From Mobula hypostoma (taxonomy: Eukaryota): a DNA stretch of 64,000 nt. The translations under genes and the position numbers were made by a program. Below, one piece after another: positions 1 to 13,248 of this stretch (position 1 is the first letter of the stretch; the number at the start of each line of letters is the position of its first letter). The notes under the pieces are model-generated. The model ran no database searches. It saw only the letters and a list, made by a program, of their open reading frames with translations, and had not been told where the DNA came from. The DNA lies in the NCBI RefSeq assembly GCF_963921235.1, contig NC_086108.1, positions 116,500,001-116,564,000 of the forward strand, read 5' to 3'.

Positions 1-180
1 GGTACATGCCAGTAGAAAATGGAAGTTTGAAGCCAAAATGGTGTCAGTTTGGAATGTGGTGATGTCTAGTTTTCCCTCTTGTTGAAGAATATTTTGTCTC
101 TATTTTGAATGTACTGCATTAAGATGAGATACCAGTGAAGAATTTTGTTCTCCTAACACACCTGTTGTCTCTGTTTTCCT

Positions 181-2720
181 AAGACCATAAGACCATAAGA
201 TCATAAGACAAAGGAGCAGAAGTAGGCCATTGGGCCCATCGAGTCTGCTCCGTCATTTTATCATGAGCTGATCCATTTTCTCCTATTTAGTCCCACTTCT
301 CCATCTTCTCACCATAACCTTTGATGCCCTGGCTACTCAGATATATATCAATCTCTGCCTTAAATACACCCAATGACTTGGCCTCCACTGCCGCCCATGG
401 CAACAAATTCCATAGATTCACCACCCTCTGACTAAAAAAATTTCTTCGCATTTCTGTTCTGAATGAGCGCCCTTCAATCCTTAAGTCATGCCCTCTCGTA
501 CTAGACTTCCCCATCATGGGAAACAACTTTGCCACATCCATTCTGTCCATGCCTTTTAAAATTCGAAATGTTTCCATGAGGTCTCCCCTCATTCTTCTAA
601 ACTCCAAGGAATACAGTCCAAGAGCGGACAAACGTTCCTCATATGTTAACCCTCTCTTTCCCGGAATCATTCTAGTGAATCTTCTCCGAGCCCTCTCCAA
701 CGTCAGCACATCCTTTCTTAAATAAGGAGACCAAAACTGCCCACAGTACTCCAAGTGAGGTCTCACCATCGCCTTATAGAGCCTCAACATCACATGCCTG
801 CTCCTATACTCTATTCCTCTAGAAATGAATACCAACATTGCATTTGCCTTCTTCACTACTGACTCAAACTGGAGGTTAACTTTAAGGGAATCCTGTATCA
901 GGACTCCCAAGTCCCATTGCATCTCAGAACTTTGAATTCTTTCCCTATTTAAATAAGAGTCTGCCCGTTTATTTTTTCTGCCAAAGTGCATAACCATGCA
1001 CTTTCCAACATTGTACTTCATCTGCCACTTCTCTGCCCATTATTCCAATCTCTCCAAGTCTCTCTGCAGACTCTCCGTTTCCTCAGCACTACCAGCCCCT
1101 CCACCTATCTTTGTATCGTCAGCAAACTTAGCCACAAAGCCATCTATTCCATAATCCAAATCGTTGATGTACAATGTAAAAAGAAGCGGCCCCAACATGG
1201 ACCCCTGTGGAACACCACTGGTAACCGGCAGCCAACCAGAATAGGATCCCTTTATTCCCACTGTCTGTTTCCTGCCAATCAGTCAACGCTCTATCCACGT
1301 ATGTAACTTTCCTGTAATTCCATGAGCTCTTATCTTGTTAAGTAGCCTCATGTGTGGCACCTTGTCAAAGGTCTTCTGAAAATCCAAATATACAACATCC
1401 ACTGCATCTCCCTTGTCTAGCCTACTGGTAATTTCCTCAAAAAATTGTAATAGGTTTGTCAGGCAGGATCTTCCTTTAAGGAATCCATGCTGAGTTCTGC
1501 CTATCTTGTCATATGCCTCCAGGTACTCTGTAACCTCATCCTTGACAATCGACTCCAACAACTTCCCAACCACGGATGTCAAGCTAACAGGTCTATAATT
1601 TCCTTTTTGCTTCCTTGCCCCCTTCTTAAATAGCGGAGTGACATTTGCAATCTTCCAGTCCTCCGGAACCATGCCAGAATCTATCGACTTTTGAAAGATC
1701 ATCGCTAATGCCTCCGCAATCTCCACAGCTACTTCCTTCAGAACACGAGGGTGCATTCCATCTGGTCCAGGAGATTTATGTACCTTTAGGCTATTCAGCT
1801 CCCTGAGTACTTTCTCTCTCGTAATTGTTTCTGCACACACTTCTCTTCCCAGCCACCCTTGAGTGTCCGGTATACCGATGTCTTCCTCAGTGGAGACTGA
1901 TGCAAAATACTTGTTCAGTTCCTCTGCCATCTCCTTATCTCCCATTACAATTTCTCCAGCATCATTTTCTATCGGTCCTATATCTACTCTCACCTGTCTT
2001 TTATTCTTTATATACTTGAAAAAGCTTTTAGTATCCTCTTTGATATTATTTGCTAGCTTCCTTTTATGGTTAATCTTATCTCTCTTAATGACCTTCTTGG
2101 TTTCCTTTTGTAAGGTTTTAAAAACTTCCCAATCCTCTGTCTTCCCACTAATTTTTGCTTCCTTGTATGCCCTCTCTTTTGCTTTAACTTTGGCTTTGAC
2201 TTCTCTTGTCAACCACGGTTGCATCCTTTTTCCACTCGAAAATTTCTTCTTTTTTGGAATATACCTGTCTTGCACATTCCTCATTTCTCGCATAAACTCC
2301 AGCCACTGCTGCTCTGCTGTCTTTCCCGCCAGTGTCCCTTTCCAGTCAACTTTGGCCAGTTCCTCTCTCATGCCACTGTAATTTCCTTTACTCCACTGAA
2401 ATACCGACACATCAGATTTCGGCTTCTCTTTTTCTAATTTCACAGTGAACTCAGTCATGTTATGATCACTGCCTCCTAAGGGTTCCTTCACCTCAATCTC
2501 TCCAATCACCTCCGGTTCATTACACAATACCCAATCCAGTACAGCCGATCCCCTAGTGGGCTCAACAACAAGCTGTTCTAAAAAGCCATCTCGCAGACAT
2601 TCTATAAATTCTCTCTCTTGAGATCCAGTGCCGACCTGATTTTTCCAATCTACTCGCATGTTAAAATCCCCCACAATTATCATAACACTGCCCTTCTGAC
2701 AAGCCTTTTCTATTTCCAGT
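181..2720 (-). mobile_element. CR1-clade LINE, 5'-truncated, ORF2 (endonuclease C-terminus, linker, RT) broken into three frames
   Basis: ORFs 1283..2809 (GDFN, SDH, NYRPVSLTS, YLDFQKTFDKVPH), 1040..1261 (GVPQGS, KFADD) and 287..1021 (RPHLEYC, RGH, FFSQRVV). Tail repeat (ACCATAAG)n at 181-208. Confidence 0.95.
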
Positions 2721-2797
2721 TTTGTGTTTATGTGTTTGGGCTGAAGGTTATAAGAGATAAGGGGGTGCAGCTTGTACCACCAGGGGTTGGAGAAGTA

Positions 2798-2921
2798 CCA
2801 TATAACCATATAATAATTACAGCACGGAAACAGGCTATTTCGGCCCTTCTAGTCCGTGCCGAATTCTTACCCTATCCTAGTCCCGCCGACCTGCACTCAG
2901 CCCATACCCCTCCATTCCTTT
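2798..2921 (-). mobile_element. Short CR1 3'-end fragment
   Basis: Reverse complement matches the CR1 3' end at about 36140-36258, including the TATAACC-type tail. Confidence 0.8.
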
Positions 2922-3129
2922 GCTGTCTGTGGTGTGGTTCTGCTATCTCAGGTGTATAAGAAGGGGCACGTTGTTCATTCAGGCCACAGCTTTGTCACCA
3001 CAGGAGCTCGTGCTCAGACTTGGAGAAGGAAGTTATTTAAAAAGGGAGCTTCAGTGAGCATTTGTCCATTGTACGTGGCCTATCAGTGGTGTCAACAGAC
3101 CTCTAACAACTAAATAAAAGTACAGAAAG

Positions 3130-5192
3130 GATAAGCGGAGCGGCCGTTGTTGGGAGTAGGCCAGTGGCGAGAGTAGAAGCTTTGGCTCAAACTAGGCTTC
3201 AGCTCTGTGTGAAGCGTCTGTTAAGGTTTCCTTTTTTGTTTTTTCTCCCTCTCTTACTGTACCATTTAAATGGCTGTTGTGTGCCCTTCGTGCTGGATGT
3301 TGGAGTACTGGGAGACCCAGAGTCTCCCGGGGAAATACATCTGCATTAAGTGCATCGGGCTGCAGCTCCTTGAAGACCGTGTTAGGGATCTGGAGCAGCA
3401 GCTGGATGACCTTCCACTTGTATGGGAGAGTGAGATCAAAGTTACTGGAAGTACTCACACCAAAGTTGCAGGAGGCGAGTAGCTGGGTGACCGTCAGGAG
3501 AAATGGAAATGGAAATAAGCAGCTCCCCTCAAAAGCAAGTATACTGCTTTGGATACTTTTGTGGGGAATGACCTCCCAGGACAATGCCATGGCGACTGGG
3601 TTACAGGCACTGAGCATGGGTCTGTGGTGCAGAAGGGAAAGAAGGGAGCGGTAGTGATAGGAGACTCGATAGTGAGGGGGATAGACAGGAGATTCTGTGG
3701 ACATGAACGGGACACCCAGATGGTACGTTGCCACCTAGGTGCCAGGGTCAGGGATGTCTCAGATCTCATCCACAATATTTTGGAGAGGGAGGGAGAACAG
3801 CCAGATGTCTTGATACATATTGGTACCAATGACATGGGAAGGAAAAGCAATGAGGCCCTGAAAAGAGAATTTAGAGATCTAGGTAGAAAGCTGAGAAGCA
3901 GGAACTCCCGGGTAGTAATGTCTGGATTTTTTCCTGTGCCACATGCCAGTGAGGGTAGAAACAGGATGATCTGGCAGATCAATGTGTGACTGAGAAGCTG
4001 GTGCATGGGGCAGGGCTTCAGGTTCTTGGATCAGTGGGATCTATTCTGATGGATGTATGACCTGTTCAAAAGTGACGGGTTTCACATGAACCCGAGGGGG
4101 GAGCAATTTGCTTGCGTACAGGTTTGTTAGAGCTGTTGAGGAGGGCTTAAACTAATTTGGCAGGGGCTGGGAACCGGAGTGAAGGGACTCAGGATAAGAC
4201 GGATGGTAAAAAGTAAAGATAGTGTGCAGTCAGACTGTCAGGAAGGGCAGGCAGGTGATGGGACTCAGCTGCAGCCAACAGGCTGAGTATCAAAACATTG
4301 GGGATGCAGAATCAGAAAGGATAGCAAATACGGTTCTCAAGGTGTGGTACCTAAATGCACGTGGTATAAGAAATAAGGTGGATGATCTTGTTACACTATT
4401 ACAGATTGTCAGGTATGATGTTGTGGCCATCACTGAATCGTGGTTGAAGGATATTTGTGGTTGGGACCTGAATGTGCAAGGTTACAGGTTATATCGGAGG
4501 GACAGGAAGGCAGGCAGAAGGGGTGGTGTGTCTCTGCTGGTACAGAATGGCATCAAATCAGTAGAAAGATGTGACATAGAATTGGAAGATATTGAATCCT
4601 TGTGCATTGAATTAAGAAACTACAAGCGTAAAAGGACCCTGATGGCAGTTATATACAAGCCTCCCAATGGTGGCTGGGATGTGGACCACAGATTACAATG
4701 GGAAATAGAAAATGTGAGTCAAAAGGAAAAGGTAATGGTAGTCATGGGAGATTTTAACATGCAGTTTGATTGGAAAAATCAGGTTGGTAACGGATCTCAA
4801 GAGAGTGAGTTTGTTTAATGCATAAGAGATAACCTTTCAGAGCAGTTTGTCATTGAACCTACTAGGGGATCAGCTATTCTGGATTGGGTGTTATGTAATG
4901 AACCAGAGGTGATTAGGGAGCTTAAGGTCAAAGAACCCTTCGGAACCAGTGATCACAATACGATTGAGTTCAACTTAAAGTTTGATAGGCAGAAAGTAAA
5001 GTCTGATATAGCAGTGTTTCAGTGGAGTAAGGGAAGTTTCAGTGGTAAGAGAGAGGAACTGGCCAAAGTAAATTGGAAGGAGCTGCTGGCAGGGATGTCA
5101 GCAGAGCAGCAATGGTGTGAGTTTCTGGGAAAAATGAGGAAGGTGCAGGACATATGTATTTGAAAAATGAAGAAATACTCAAATGGTAAAAT
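3130..5192 (+). mobile_element. CR1 LINE 5' half: ORF1 (zinc finger/leucine zipper plus SGNH esterase) and ORF2 APE endonuclease, degenerate
   Basis: 3270..3482 CPSC...CIKC plus heptad repeats; 3549..3989 VVIGDSIVRG and HIGTND; 4222..4818 YLNARG, ITESWL, GDFN; 4888..5163 SDH. Confidence 0.92.
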
Positions 5193-5459
5193 AAGAACAT
5201 AAAAACGTAAGAAATAGGAGCAGGAGTAGGCCATCCGGCCCATCGAGCCTGCCCCGCCATTCAATAAGATCATGGCTGATCTGTCCGTAAACTCAGCTCC
5301 ATCTACCTGCCTTTTCCCCATAACCCTTAATTCCCTTACTATGTAAAAACCTATCTAATTGTTTCTTAAATATATTTAGTAAAGAAACCTCAACTGCGTC
5401 CCTGGGCAGAGAATTCCACAGATTCACCACTCTCTGGGAAAAACAGTTTTTCCTCATCT

Positions 5460-6246
5460 TGTCACGTGACCGGCAACAATGAATATAGAAATGAGTCAGG
5501 TTTTATAAACAGATAAACATTTATTAAACTCTGCTCAAAATTTACCAAACTGCCAAACTCAGTACTGTACTAGCTCTGAAAGCGATAAATGCGATCACAG
5601 TATTAAAGTGGTAAATTGGAATACAGTTCTTAGAATGGTAAATTTGAAAGTCCAAGGGATTTATACAGTCAATTAGGAGAGACTTTCCTTACTGCCGATC
5701 CCAGCCGGAACCTGTCTTGTCTGCAGGACTCACGACGACGGAAATAAAACGGTTTAAAGGCACTGACCTTTTTCCCCTGTAGACTAGATACTGCACAACC
5801 TTTTCTGCTGCTTTTAGCAGAGGTTATCTCATGCAGATCACTCTTACTTGAACGAATTCAATAATGGTCGATCTTCTCCAAAACTGCCGAACGACTCCTT
5901 CAGGTTCCCGTCTTCACTCTCCAATACTACTGAAAAGATACATAAACAAAGCTGGCAGCGATTGGTGAATCTACTGGCCCAACACTTCTGTACCTTACAA
6001 TAGAAAGTAAAACTCCGTTTTAAAATTAAATTGCGTCATAAGGCAAATACGCATCAAAAAACGGAGGATCTAACACAACACTAAACTGAAAACTAACTGC
6101 GTCACCAGGGGTCTCCCTTTTATATACCTGTTGAGAACAGGTCATCATGTGACCTCATTGGTGGGAAAATTATATCATGTGACCTCTGCAAGACCATTAC
6201 ATCACCCTCATAAGACAGTCACAAGATATCCATGAAGTATGTAACA
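5460..6246 (-). mobile_element. Solo LTR (787 bp)
   Basis: TGTCAC...GTAACA termini; 4-bp TSD ATCT at 5456-5459 and 6247-6250; minus-strand TATAAAA near 6120 and AATAAA near 5520. Confidence 0.9.
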
Positions 6247-6305
6247 ATCTCCATCCTAAATCTTCTCCCATGAATCTTAAGGCAATGTCCCCTGGTTCTA
6301 GTCTC

Positions 6306-6745
6306 TCTCTTTCTTTTCCAATCTTTTTATTAATTTTCAAAATTATACACACAACAACAATATTAATGAACAGAGATTGGTATTACATTATTAATAATTG
6401 ACATTACAAATATAGCATTGGTAATAATACAGACGTATAAAGTTTCCCAAACTCTAAATATAATTAAACATGGTAGAGGGATAAATGAGAAAAAATCTAA
6501 AAAAATACCCCAAATTAGAAAAGAAAAAAAAGACATATTAATTAAAATAAGCGATATTAATCTAAGCTAAATAAAACTAAAAAAAAACAGAACTATAGAA
6601 AAAACAGACAGGCTAACATATTACATCGGATAGAATCATTAATGTCGTTAACTCCACTCCTCTATCCGTGTATTTTAAGTTAAAAAAAAAGGATTCGAAA
6701 AGGTCAAATTACATCATATGGAAATGTTGAATAAATGGTCTCCAA
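6306..6745 (-). mobile_element. 5'-truncated L1/Tx1-like LINE 3' end
   Basis: 12-bp TSD GGTTCTAGTCTC (6294-6305, 6746-6757). Minus strand starts with an L1-like ORF2 C-terminus (WRPFIQHFHM), then a T-rich 3' UTR, AATAAA and an A/G-rich tail. Confidence 0.78.
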
Positions 6746-6814
6746 GGTTCTAGTCTCACTTACCTATGGAAACAACTTTCCTACTTCTATCTTAACTATC
6801 CCTTTCAAAATTTT

Positions 6815-7312
6815 CTAGGAAGAGGTACAGTCGACATTTCAGGCCGAGACCCTTCGTCAGGACTAACTGAAGGAAGAGTCAGTAAGAGAGTTGAAAGTGG
6901 GAGGGGGAGGGCGAGATCTAAAATGATAGGAGAAGACAGGAGGGGGAGGGATGGAGCCAAGAACTGGACAGGTGATAGGCAAAAGGGATACGAGAGGATC
7001 ATGGGACAGGAGGCCCGAAGAGAAAGACAGGGGGGGGGGGACCCAGAGGATGGGCAAGGGGTATAGTCAGAGGGACAGAGGGAGAAAAAGGAGAGTGAGA
7101 GAAAGAATGTGTGTATAAAAATAAATAACGGATGGGGTACGAGGGGGAGGTGGGGCATTAGCGGAAGTTAGAGAAGTCAATGTTCATGCCATCAGGTTGG
7201 AGGCTACCCAGATGGAATATAAGGTGTTGTTCCTCCAACCTGAGTGTGGCTTCATCTTTACAGTAGAGGAGGCCGTGGATAGACATGTCAGAATAGGAAT
7301 GGGAATGGGACA
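6815..7312 (-). mobile_element. Penelope-like element 3' end (GIY-YIG C-terminus, pyrimidine-rich UTR, pLTR with hammerhead motif)
   Basis: Minus strand encodes LYCKDEATLRLEEQHLIFHLGSLQPDGMN. Hammerhead-like CTGACGA...GAAATGTC at 6828-6865. Confidence 0.88.
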
Positions 7313-8015
7313 GATGCTTATCCCATCCCTAGGGTGGATGATTGCATAGATAAGGTTGGAAAAGCTAAGCTCCTTACAAAGATCGATCTGTTGAAAGGGT
7401 ATTGGTGTGTTCCTTTGACAGAGAGGGGTAGAGAAATTTCTGCATTTGTGACACCTTCTGGGTTGTATGAATACAATGCTTTGCCATTTGGGATGAAGAA
7501 TGCTCAAGGAACGTTCCAGAGAATGATTAATTTTGTAATTTGAGGGTTAGAACACACAGATGCCTATATTAATGATTTATTCACAGGAAATGACATGTTG
7601 GAAGCTCATATTTCGGTGGTAGAAAAGCTGTTTGACAAGCTTTCCAAGGCCATCCTTACAGTTAACTTTGCTAAGAATGAATTTGGCCATGCCACTGTGA
7701 CTTATCTTGATCACGTTGAAGGTCAGGGCTTGGTTAAGGAAAATGGTTAATCAGACTCCAATTCAACAACAAAGTTTGATTTTGCAAAAATATGATCTTA
7801 TGATAACGCACATTAAAGGCAAAGATAATATAATTGCTGATTGCCTTTCCAGATGTTAAGCTTGCAATGTATTGTTAATAGTGGAGTAGAATCTGGTATT
7901 TGTATACGCTTCTGCAATATGTTATATGGTAATTACCATGTATTGTTTTATATATATTAGCTCGCAGTTAAAAATTTTGCTCTTTTAGATCATAATTTTC
8001 GTATTTAAGGGGAAG
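7313..8015 (+). pseudogene. Gypsy (Gmr1-type) RT core and RNase H C-terminus with internal deletion, ending in a polypurine tract
   Basis: DAYPIPRVDDCIDKVG...KIDLLKGYW...PFGMKNA, then HIKGKDNIIADCLSRC*. PPT AAGGGGAAG at 8007-8015 abuts the LTR. Confidence 0.92.
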
Positions 8016-8813
8016 TGTTATGAACCCACAGGTTTCGTTTACTGTGGACTGTTTCTTTAAGAACGCCTAAGTGAGGCTGGACTATGACATCAGTCACAGG
8101 CTGCTGTGAACTTAAACTCATATAGAGAGAGCGACCTTCAGTCGAGAGAGAGAGAGAGAGAGAGAATGAATGAGAATGAGAATGAATGGGGAAGCCGGTA
8201 GCTTCAGCTTGTCACAGCTGAGGCTTGGAACTCTCTTATGCCAACAAGGGTGGGTTAAACATCGGCACGGAGTGCATAATGTATGTGTGACTGTCACTTC
8301 GTACAATCCATAGGAGTGGATTTTGGGATATCTTGTGGGACCACTTGTGTAGCCCTTGCCTGAGTATGTTGTGTGGTAACCACTGGAAGACAATATTCCC
8401 ATGACAGGTCACTTTCGGTGACAATTCGTATGTGGATTTGGAACGACACGTCAGACAAGATCTAGGGTGACTGTTAACTCATTTTACCATCGTGGAATCT
8501 GTGAAATACTTCGTACTTACCTTTTCTCTCTGTTTCACCTTGGATTACAAATATCTCTCTCCAATTATTTATCTTGTGGATTACTGAACTTTCCTACTGT
8601 ACCATCTCAAGACTCTAAGCCTTGTTCCCCACAAGCTCAATAGTTATATTTACACACATATATACACGTAACACCGTAAACTTATGTTTATCTTGCTTAA
8701 GTTACTATACTATAAGTAGTTACTAATAAAGATAGTGGTTTTAACATTAAAACCAGTCTCTATGTGTAATCTATTGCTGCTGGTTCGTTTCTAAAACGTT
8801 ACAGTTCATACCA
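8016..8813 (+). mobile_element. 3' LTR of the Gmr1-type Gypsy element
   Basis: TGTTATG...TACCA termini, preceded by the PPT. Aligns end to end with the reverse complement of 13249-14146. Confidence 0.93.
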
Positions 8814-9087
8814 GTCCTCTGTTCTTTTCTGATTCAGCTCAGGGCATTTGCAGACAAAGGAGACACTCCACAAGAAGTCTTTTAGAACTAGCACAAATAT
8901 AATACAGAATGAACAAATGTCTACAGTGGTAGCAGAACAGAAATCAAAATAATCCTTATTATCCGATCTCTGCAATGTTGTGGGGGGAACACAGATCCAA
9001 TAATCTTACACACAGCCTGATGTTTTGTTCTCTCCCTCTTGCTAATTCTGACCTGGTACTCTAACTCTCTTGATGTCCTTGCTCTTT

Positions 9088-9757
9088 CTTAGACCATAAG
9101 ACCATAAGCCATAGGAGCAGAAGTAGGTCATCTGGCCCGTCGAGTCTGCTCCGCCATTCAATCATGACTGATCCTTTCTTTCTCTCTCCACCTCAACACC
9201 AGTTCCTGGCCTTCTCCCCGTAACCTTTGATGCCATGTCCAATCAATCTCTAATGCTATTACTTTCAGAACCCTCGGCTGCAGTTCCCCGGTCCTGGTGA
9301 CTTATGTACCTTTAGGTCTTTCAGCTTTTTGAGCATCTTCTCTATTGTAACAGTAACTGCACCCTCTTCTCTTCCTTCACACACTACAACATCAGGCATA
9401 CTGCTAGTGTCTTCCACAGTGAAAAATGACGCAAAATACTCATTTAGTTTGTCAGCTGTCTCCTTGTCCCCGTTATTATTTCTCCTCCCTCACTTTCTAG
9501 CGGTCCTATATCCACACTCATTTCTCTTTTATTTTTAACATACTTGAAAAAACTTTTACTATCCACTTTGATACTATTTGCTAGCTTGCTTTTATATTTC
9601 ATCTTTTACCTCCTAATGATTTTTTTAGTTGCTCTCTGTAGGTTTTTAAAAACTTCCCAATCCTATTTCTTCCCACTAATTTGTGCTTTGTTATATGCCC
9701 TTTCTTTTGCTTTTACAATAGCTTTGACTTCCCTTGTCAGCCACGGTTGTACTATTT
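9088..9757 (-). mobile_element. CR1 fragments (3' end joined to linker region by internal deletion)
   Basis: (ACCATAAG)-type tail at about 9090. 9260-9757 is homologous to 1735-2225. Confidence 0.85.
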
Positions 9758-10051
9758 AGAAAGGAGTAGTTCCGTTAGATAGACGCAGCATGGATTCAGA
9801 AGGGGCAGGTCCTGTTTGACAAACTTACTGGAGCTCTTTGAGGACATGATGAGTGCAGTGGATAGAGGGGAACAGGTGGATGTCATATATTTGGATTTCC
9901 AGAAGGCGTTCAATAAGGTGCCACATAAGAGACTTATAAATACAATATGGATGCATAGAATCGGAGGAAGTGTATTGGCATGGATAGTGGATTGGTTAAC
10001 CAATAGAAGGCAGAGAGTTGGTATAAATGGGTGTTTCTCCAGTTGGCAGCC
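9758..10051 (+). mobile_element. CR1 RT fragment
   Basis: QHGF...TNLLELFED...YLDFQKAFNKVPH...RRQRVGING. Confidence 0.88.
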
Positions 10052-13000
10052 ATTTTCTAACATATACTCAACTTCTTGTTCAGCCAGTTTACATTTTTCT
10101 ATGTTCATGTGATAGGGGTGTTGTTTTATGGGTGGGGCCTGACCGACATCTACGTCATGTGATGTGACTGTGGGTCTCCTTGGAACATCGGGAAATAAGT
10201 CTTTAAACTTCAAAATTAATTCCTTCATTTGTTGTCGTTGCTGTGGCTGCAAATGGGCCAACTTGTTATCAATGTTTTCTAGAACAGTTGAGTTTGTTAG
10301 TCTTACTGGGACAATGTTTGATTTAAAATAAACCTCAGATAAATCATTTAATTCGTTCCCAGGGATGCCAGACTCATTTGTTTTGACAACAACACTCACA
10401 GATGGTGCCTGCTTATCAAAATATGATTTCAACATATTTACATGTACCAGCTGTGTGGACTTTCATCGATCAGATGTTTTGACTATAAAATTTACATCAT
10501 CTATTTTAGACACTATTTGATATGGTCCATGGTATTTCGCTTGAAGTGGGTTCGTCAATATTGGAAATAAAACAAGCACCTTATCTTGCACTTGGAATTT
10601 TGTTTCACGAGCCTATCTGTCATACCAATGCTTCATCTTATCCTGAGAAACCTTGAAGTTTTGTCTTGCTAGGCTACAGGCTTTATGTAATCTATCTTTG
10701 AACTTCAAAACATAATTCAACAAATTGATATGCATGTCCTCATTAATCCACTGTTCCTTTAACAGGGTCAAAGATCCCCAAACCCTATGACCAAATACAA
10801 GTTCAAATGGACTAAAGGCTAGTGATTCCTGTACTGATTCTCTTACTGTGAATAAAAACAAATGAACTCCTTCATCTCAATCCTTCTCATTTTCAACACA
10901 CTATGTCTTAATCATAGTTTTGAGGGTAGAATAAAATCTTTCTGAAGCTCCTTGTGATTCTGGATGGTACGCAGATGATGTAATTTGTTTGGTTTCCAAT
11001 TCATAAACTACCTACTGAAATAATCCAGATGTAAAATTACTTCCTCGATCAGACTGGATTCCTTCAGGCAAACCAAATAAAGTGAAAAACTTTATCAGAG
11101 CCTTTGCCACAGTTTTAGCCTTTATATTTCTGAGAGGTATTGCTTCTGGAAATCTGGATGCTGTGCACATGATAGTCAGCGAATACCGATGGCCAGCTTT
11201 AGTCTTTGGTAATGGGCCAACACAATCTACAATAACTTTTGAAAAGGGTTCACCAAATACCAGAATAGGCTGCAGAGGGGCTACTGCTGTGACTTGATAA
11301 GGTTTACCCACAACCTGACAGATGTGACAAGTTCAACAAAAGGTCACAACATCTTTCCTCAGACGAGGCCAGAAAAATTGTTTCAAAATCTTTTTCACAG
11401 TTTTATTTACTCCAAAATGGCCACCTAAGCGTCAAAGTTAAAATCTCGTTCCTATAGACCTTAGGAACTACAACTTGGTGAACAATTGCCCAATCCTCAC
11501 TTGCAGGAATATCAGGTGGTCTCCACTTCCTCATTAACACTCCATCTTTGATATAGTACCCAACTGGTACTTTCTTAATCTCATCATCTGAGCGAGCTTT
11601 TCCTTTTAAAGCTTCAGTCTCAGGGTCTCGATTCTGATCTGCTATAAACTCCTTCCTAGACAGAGATAAATCTGTATTATCAGATTTAATACCTGGATCC
11701 TGGTGAACCAATGAAGGCAGAAAAGTCCCTGACAAGTCATCTAAACCTGAATCCCAATTTTGGCTATCATGAGTAGCAGAATCATGCTGCACAGAACTAT
11801 CTGCATTGGCTGACTTCTTAGCCATACTTCGAGTTACTGTGCAGGAGGGATAAATGGTAGAATCCATCTGTGGGTCATCAGTGGTTGGCTTAGTTGTCGG
11901 TTGCACTGCAGGAACCACTTTACCAACTGCCAGGTCATTCCCTAACAGCAAAGTAACATTTTCCACCGATGAACTGGAGCATAGTCCTATCTTAACAGGT
12001 CCAGAACCAACCTTGACTCTAAAGTTACCTTGTGCAGCGGCACAGAAACAACGCCACCCCTGACACCTTTAATAAGATTTAACTAACCAATGTCAGTCTC
12101 ATTGCTAAATTTTGGAACACTATCCAATATAAGTGACTGAGAAGCCCCAGTATCCCAAACAATCTTCACTGGTACCAGGGTTGACCCTTTCTTTACTGAC
12201 ACAAACCCATCTGACATAAAATGATCAAATCCCTTCCTAACTCAGTCAGACCTCTCAGTCCTTAACTGAGCCTCATCAGAATGTGCAGAACCCTGTGGGT
12301 TTATAGGTGTTTCACAGCTCTGAATACAAGCATCTGGGACTGCCTCCTCCTTCTTCTTCTTCAGGACGGAACAATTAGCCATAACATGACCAGCTTTCTT
12401 ACAATAGTGACAAGTAAGACCAGAATGTTTCTCCTTCAACTGTTTCCCTTCATCCTTACCTTTTGTCACTAGTCCCAGATTTAACTTCTGGTTTACCCTG
12501 ACTATCCATGCTACTCTTTTGGAAGCTCGTACTCGAGGTAAACTTAACCTTGTGGGTTAAAGCAAACTCAGCTGTTAATTTAGCAGACTCCTGCAAAATG
12601 GCAGCATTCATTTCATCTAAATATGCCTTTATGTCATTAGGGATGCTCCTCTTAAATTCTTCAATTAAAACCAACTCTTTCAAGCTGTTAAAATCATCAT
12701 TCACATTTTTAGATATGCACCAGCGGTCAAAACACACAAACTTCTCTAGAGCCAGAAGTTTGCTTTAACTTCTCTATCTCTATCTCAAACTACCTTTGTT
12801 TGTCTCTTTCTTTCTTCCCTCTGTTTTTCTTTTTCCCGCAGCCTCCAGTTTCAATTTCTCTAACTCAGCACTGAGCTTTTGCCGCCTTTCTTCAGCCTCC
12901 ATCCTTAATTTTTCTAACTTGTACTTGAACTTAAGATCACTGGGTTTACTTTCAGAAAACAATTCTAACATCTCCTCATCAAACTGCTTCATAGATATAT

Positions 13001-13248
13001 AGTGCTCAAATATTTTCCTCTGAATCTCTGGCTTTCTCATAGCCCGCTTTATCTCAGTAAATTTTAGCTTACTAGCAATGGCCAACAATTCACCCTTTTT
13101 GGCTTTCTCCAATGCCTCAAGGTTGGCACTTCTAGAAGTACCTCAATATCCACACACAAGTCAAACAAAAAGGATTTGCCCAATCAGATTGATAATTAAT
13201 CAATCAATAAGCTCCGATTTTATTCAAGTCACAGATGCAACCCCAATT
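10048..13248 (-). pseudogene. Gmr1-type Gypsy internal region: gag (SCAN-like capsid, CCHC knuckle), protease, integrase, RT N-terminus; many stops and frameshifts
   Basis: FDRWC...LKELVLIEEF (12456..12737); CHYCKKAGHVMANC; DTGASQSL near 12135-12155; integrase EPFSKVIVDCVGPLP...IQSDRGSNF, SPFELVFG and a GPY motif; RT start IKQHPY...EVEYMLENG. Degenerate tRNA-Pro-like PBS (TGGGGTTGCATCTGTGA) follows the LTR. Confidence 0.93.

Larger units (their letters stand above)
5193..6814 (-). mobile_element. CR1 3' fragment interrupted by a solo LTR and an L1/Tx1 fragment
   Basis: CR1 3' terminus at 5193. The CR1 sequence reads through contiguously once 5460-6246 and 6306-6745 and one copy of each TSD are removed. 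Confidence 0.85.
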
